Shown here: in pieces, positions 61,662 through 64,000 of the stretch | How the letters are laid out: each line of letters begins with the position of its first letter | How positions within the stretch are numbered: the first letter of the stretch is position 1 | Source: Gammaproteobacteria bacterium | GTDB lineage: Bacteria; Pseudomonadota; Gammaproteobacteria; Eutrophobiales; Eutrophobiaceae | DNA length: 64,000 nucleotides | Direction of reading: 5' to 3' | Assembly: GCA_965243205.1 (NCBI GenBank) | Contig: CBDEUK010000002.1 | Coordinates: 576,001 to 640,000 of the forward strand | Notes under the pieces: model-generated | The model's input: the letters and a program-made list of their open reading frames with translations, nothing else | What the model was told of the DNA's origin: nothing | Databases searched by the model: none | Translations under genes and position numbers: made by a program

Positions 61662-63569
61662 TTATAAATTACTCTCTACAATAGTTATATCTGAACTATC
61701 TTTAAGTGCATCAAAATAATTTGCCCAATCAGATTCAGCACGAACTCGTTGCATTTCTTTACTTTGATTATCAACGTCAATACCCATAATCTTTTCTGGG
61801 TATTGAACAGATTTTAAAGAGACAACAACATAATCCCCATTACCTAATTCAGTACCTGATACAGCAGGCTGGTCATCTATTGGAGGCTCTAAACGAAAAG
61901 CAGTTCTTAATACAGAACGGTTTACCGTTATATCGTCACGAGTTACTTCTTCAGCTTGTTTAAACGCAAGCCCATGTTCGGAAAGTATTGAATCAACAGA
62001 TTCGCCTTTCTTTAATGCAGAGAGTATTTTGTCACCAATTTCACTAGCGGTGTTTTTAGCTTTAGTGTTTTTCAAGGCATCAACAATCTGTGTACTCACT
62101 TCCGACATAGTTTGTTGACCTTCTTCGATAACATCCGTAACACGAACGACTATCGCTTCAGTATCACTCAGCTCAATCACGTCGCTGTTATTACCATTAG
62201 TTAAAACATCTTCGCTAAAGCTAGCAGCAACCACTTTAGGGTTTGAGAAATCTGGATTTGATTCCACAGAATCTTGTGAAAAATAGTTTGATGTTTCCAC
62301 AGGGATATCAACTGCATCACTCGCAACTTCTAAGGTATCAGGATGCTCATAACTTAATGCTGCCATTTGATCAGCTAACTCAAAATACATCTTTTGAGCT
62401 TTTTCTGTTTTCAGATCAGTTTCAACTTGATCTTTGACCTCATCAAATGAAACCTCTCGCATTTCTTCGATATCACTAACATTTACAATGAAATAGGCAT
62501 TTAAGTCTTCAATAATGTCGCTGGTTTCACCTTTGTTCAATGAGAAAATAACATCATCAATGACTTTTAATAGTTCACCCTGCTTTTTAAATCCAGTCTC
62601 TGAAACATCGACTTTAATACCTTCCTCTGAGGTACTCGACATGGTTTCAGCAATTTTTTCAAACGTTAACCCATCTGCCGTAGCTTTTAATAATTCTTCA
62701 GCTTTTGCTTTAGCTGTTTGCAGCTGTTCGTCTGTAGCGTTCTCAGGCTTACCAATTTTAATTTGCCAAATTTTACGTTTTTCAGGATCGTTATAAGCTA
62801 ATTGATTATTGGTAAAATAATTTTCTAAATCATCATCCGATAATTTAATTTGTTCCATAACCTTATCGAATGTTAATTTTAAATAATCAACTTTAACTTG
62901 TTTAGGTCTTTTAAAACTCGTTTTATTTTGCTCATAGTAATTTTCAATTTCTTCGGATGTGACTTCCGTTTTTTCTTTAATCGAATTCAAAGAAACTAAT
63001 GCATAAGAAAAATTACGTGATTGTTTTTTTAAACGAACAATATTTTCTAATTCTTTTTCTGTTGTAAATGAACTTTCCGAAATCGCTGCCTGTAACTGTT
63101 CTGACATCATGTCTAATTTTACTTGCTGTTCAAACACAGCTGGCGGCATTCCTTGGGAGGTGATGGAACGCTGATAAAGGTCTGCATCAAAACCTTCCGA
63201 ATCATGAAATATATCAAATTGACGTATAGTCTCTAGCACACCTTCATTAGAGACGTTTAAGCCAGCATCTTGAGTGACTTGATTTAATACTTCTGAATCA
63301 ATGATTCGGTTAAGCGTTTGTTGTTTGATAAATGGATCGTCTGCATCTACAGAAGTGCCAAGAGCATTTTGCATTTGTTGATGGTAGTTAGCTAAAGCTC
63401 TTTGAAAATACGATTGTTTAATTTCATTATCATTGACTTTAGCAACATATGGCTCTGTACTTTGATTGAAATAATAATCGATACCAAAGAATGCAAAAGG
63501 AATAATAAGAATGGCTACGATAAGGGCGGCTAACCAGCCAGTAGCAATGTCGCGAATTTTTAATAACAT
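61662..63569 (-). CDS. ppiD: Membrane-anchored periplasmic chaperone/PPIase
   Basis: N-terminal TM IIPFAFFGI, SurA-N-like region, parvulin-like domain; hupB-tRNA-ppiD synteny. Confidence 0.85.
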   Translation of the reverse strand: MLLKIRDIATGWLAALIVAILIIPFAFFGIDYYFNQSTEPYVAKVNDNEIKQSYFQRALANYHQQMQNALGTSVDADDPFIKQQTLNRIIDSEVLNQVTQDAGLNVSNEGVLETIRQFDIFHDSEGFDADLYQRSITSQGMPPAVFEQQVKLDMMSEQLQAAISESSFTTEKELENIVRLKKQSRNFSYALVSLNSIKEKTEVTSEEIENYYEQNKTSFKRPKQVKVDYLKLTFDKVMEQIKLSDDDLENYFTNNQLAYNDPEKRKIWQIKIGKPENATDEQLQTAKAKAEELLKATADGLTFEKIAETMSSTSEEGIKVDVSETGFKKQGELLKVIDDVIFSLNKGETSDIIEDLNAYFIVNVSDIEEMREVSFDEVKDQVETDLKTEKAQKMYFELADQMAALSYEHPDTLEVASDAVDIPVETSNYFSQDSVESNPDFSNPKVVAASFSEDVLTNGNNSDVIELSDTEAIVVRVTDVIEEGQQTMSEVSTQIVDALKNTKAKNTASEIGDKILSALKKGESVDSILSEHGLAFKQAEEVTRDDITVNRSVLRTAFRLEPPIDDQPAVSGTELGNGDYVVVSLKSVQYPEKIMGIDVDNQSKEMQRVRAESDWANYFDALKDSSDITIVESNL

Positions 63570-63603
63570 GGTTGTCTACGTCACGTTCAGCATCAATTTA
63601 TAT

Positions 63604-63626
63604 AAAAGGGCGCTATTAATACGCCC
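63604..63626 (-). terminator. Probable terminator after the tRNA genes
   Basis: GGGCG/CGCCC stem then TTTT on the minus strand. Confidence 0.5.
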
Positions 63627-63636
63627 ATTTCATGTT

Positions 63637-63713
63637 TGGCGGAGTGGACGGGACTCGAACCCGCGACCCCCGGCGTGACAGGCCGGTATTCTAACCAACT
63701 GAACTACCACTCC
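63637..63713 (-). tRNA. tRNA-Asp(GTC)
   Basis: Reverse complement GGAGTGG..CCTGTCACG..GTTCGAGT..CCGCCA. Confidence 0.96.
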
Positions 63714-63721
63714 TAAAGTAA

Positions 63722-63797
63722 TGGTGGGTGCTGCAGGGATCGAACCTGCGACCCTCGCCTTGTAAGGGCGATGCTCTCCCAGCTGAGCTAAGCACCC
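63722..63797 (-). tRNA. tRNA-Val(TAC)
   Basis: Reverse complement GGGTGCT..CCTTACAAG..GTTCGATC..CACCCACCA. Confidence 0.96.
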
Positions 63798-63809
63798 AAG
63801 AAAGGCGCG

Positions 63810-64000
63810 CTAGTTTATGGCATCCTTAAGCGCTTTTCCAGGTTTAAATGCAGGAACTTTTGCTGCTTTAATTTGGATATCTTCGCCAGTACGTGGATTG
63901 CGGCCAGTACGAGCCGCTCGATTACGTACAGTAAAAGTACCAAACCCGACTAAAGTAACACTATCATCTTTTTTCATAGCGTTAGTAATATTATCAATCA
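63810..64000 (-). CDS. hupB: DNA-binding protein HU, 5' end outside the window
   Basis: Own translation: [49 protein letters not shown]; absent from the ORF track. Confidence 0.93.
   Translation of the reverse strand, partial: IDNITNAMKKDDSVTLVGFGTFTVRNRAARTGRNPRTGEDIQIKAAKVPAFKPGKALKDAIN

Noticed and set aside
1-64000. CRISPR arrays, rRNA, transposases, phage or defence genes, and the many short antisense or nested ORFs in the track
   Set aside because: None recognised by eye; the short ORFs lie within well-supported genes and show no motifs

Overview
AT-rich chromosomal window from a gammaproteobacterium (hupB-tRNA-Val-tRNA-Asp-ppiD-fabI synteny, rimO, stand-alone fusA). I found no prophage, integrase, transposase or CRISPR array. 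Housekeeping genes are interleaved with accessory modules: HAD-dinB; a leader ORF plus SD-occluding hairpin ahead of a multicopper oxidase with a putative beta-barrel tail; an ICL/PEP-mutase lyase with Na+:solute symporter; a five-gene tungsten-type aldehyde oxidoreductase operon; a UbiA/GtrA/HAD glycosylation cassette; modABC with frameshifted modA; a glucosylglycerate operon facing an ATP-grasp/alpha-E/transglutaminase/Anbu operon with NtrC, IHF and sigma54 sites; a double FixL-like PAS kinase/Rcp1/GGDEF-EAL module with a sigma28 promoter; and a peptide ABC transporter. The strongest candidate for an under-described system is the leaderless Cys/RPP leader peptide, hairpin and multicopper oxidase/barrel fusion at 9732-12156. 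All product calls come from motif recognition, not database searches.
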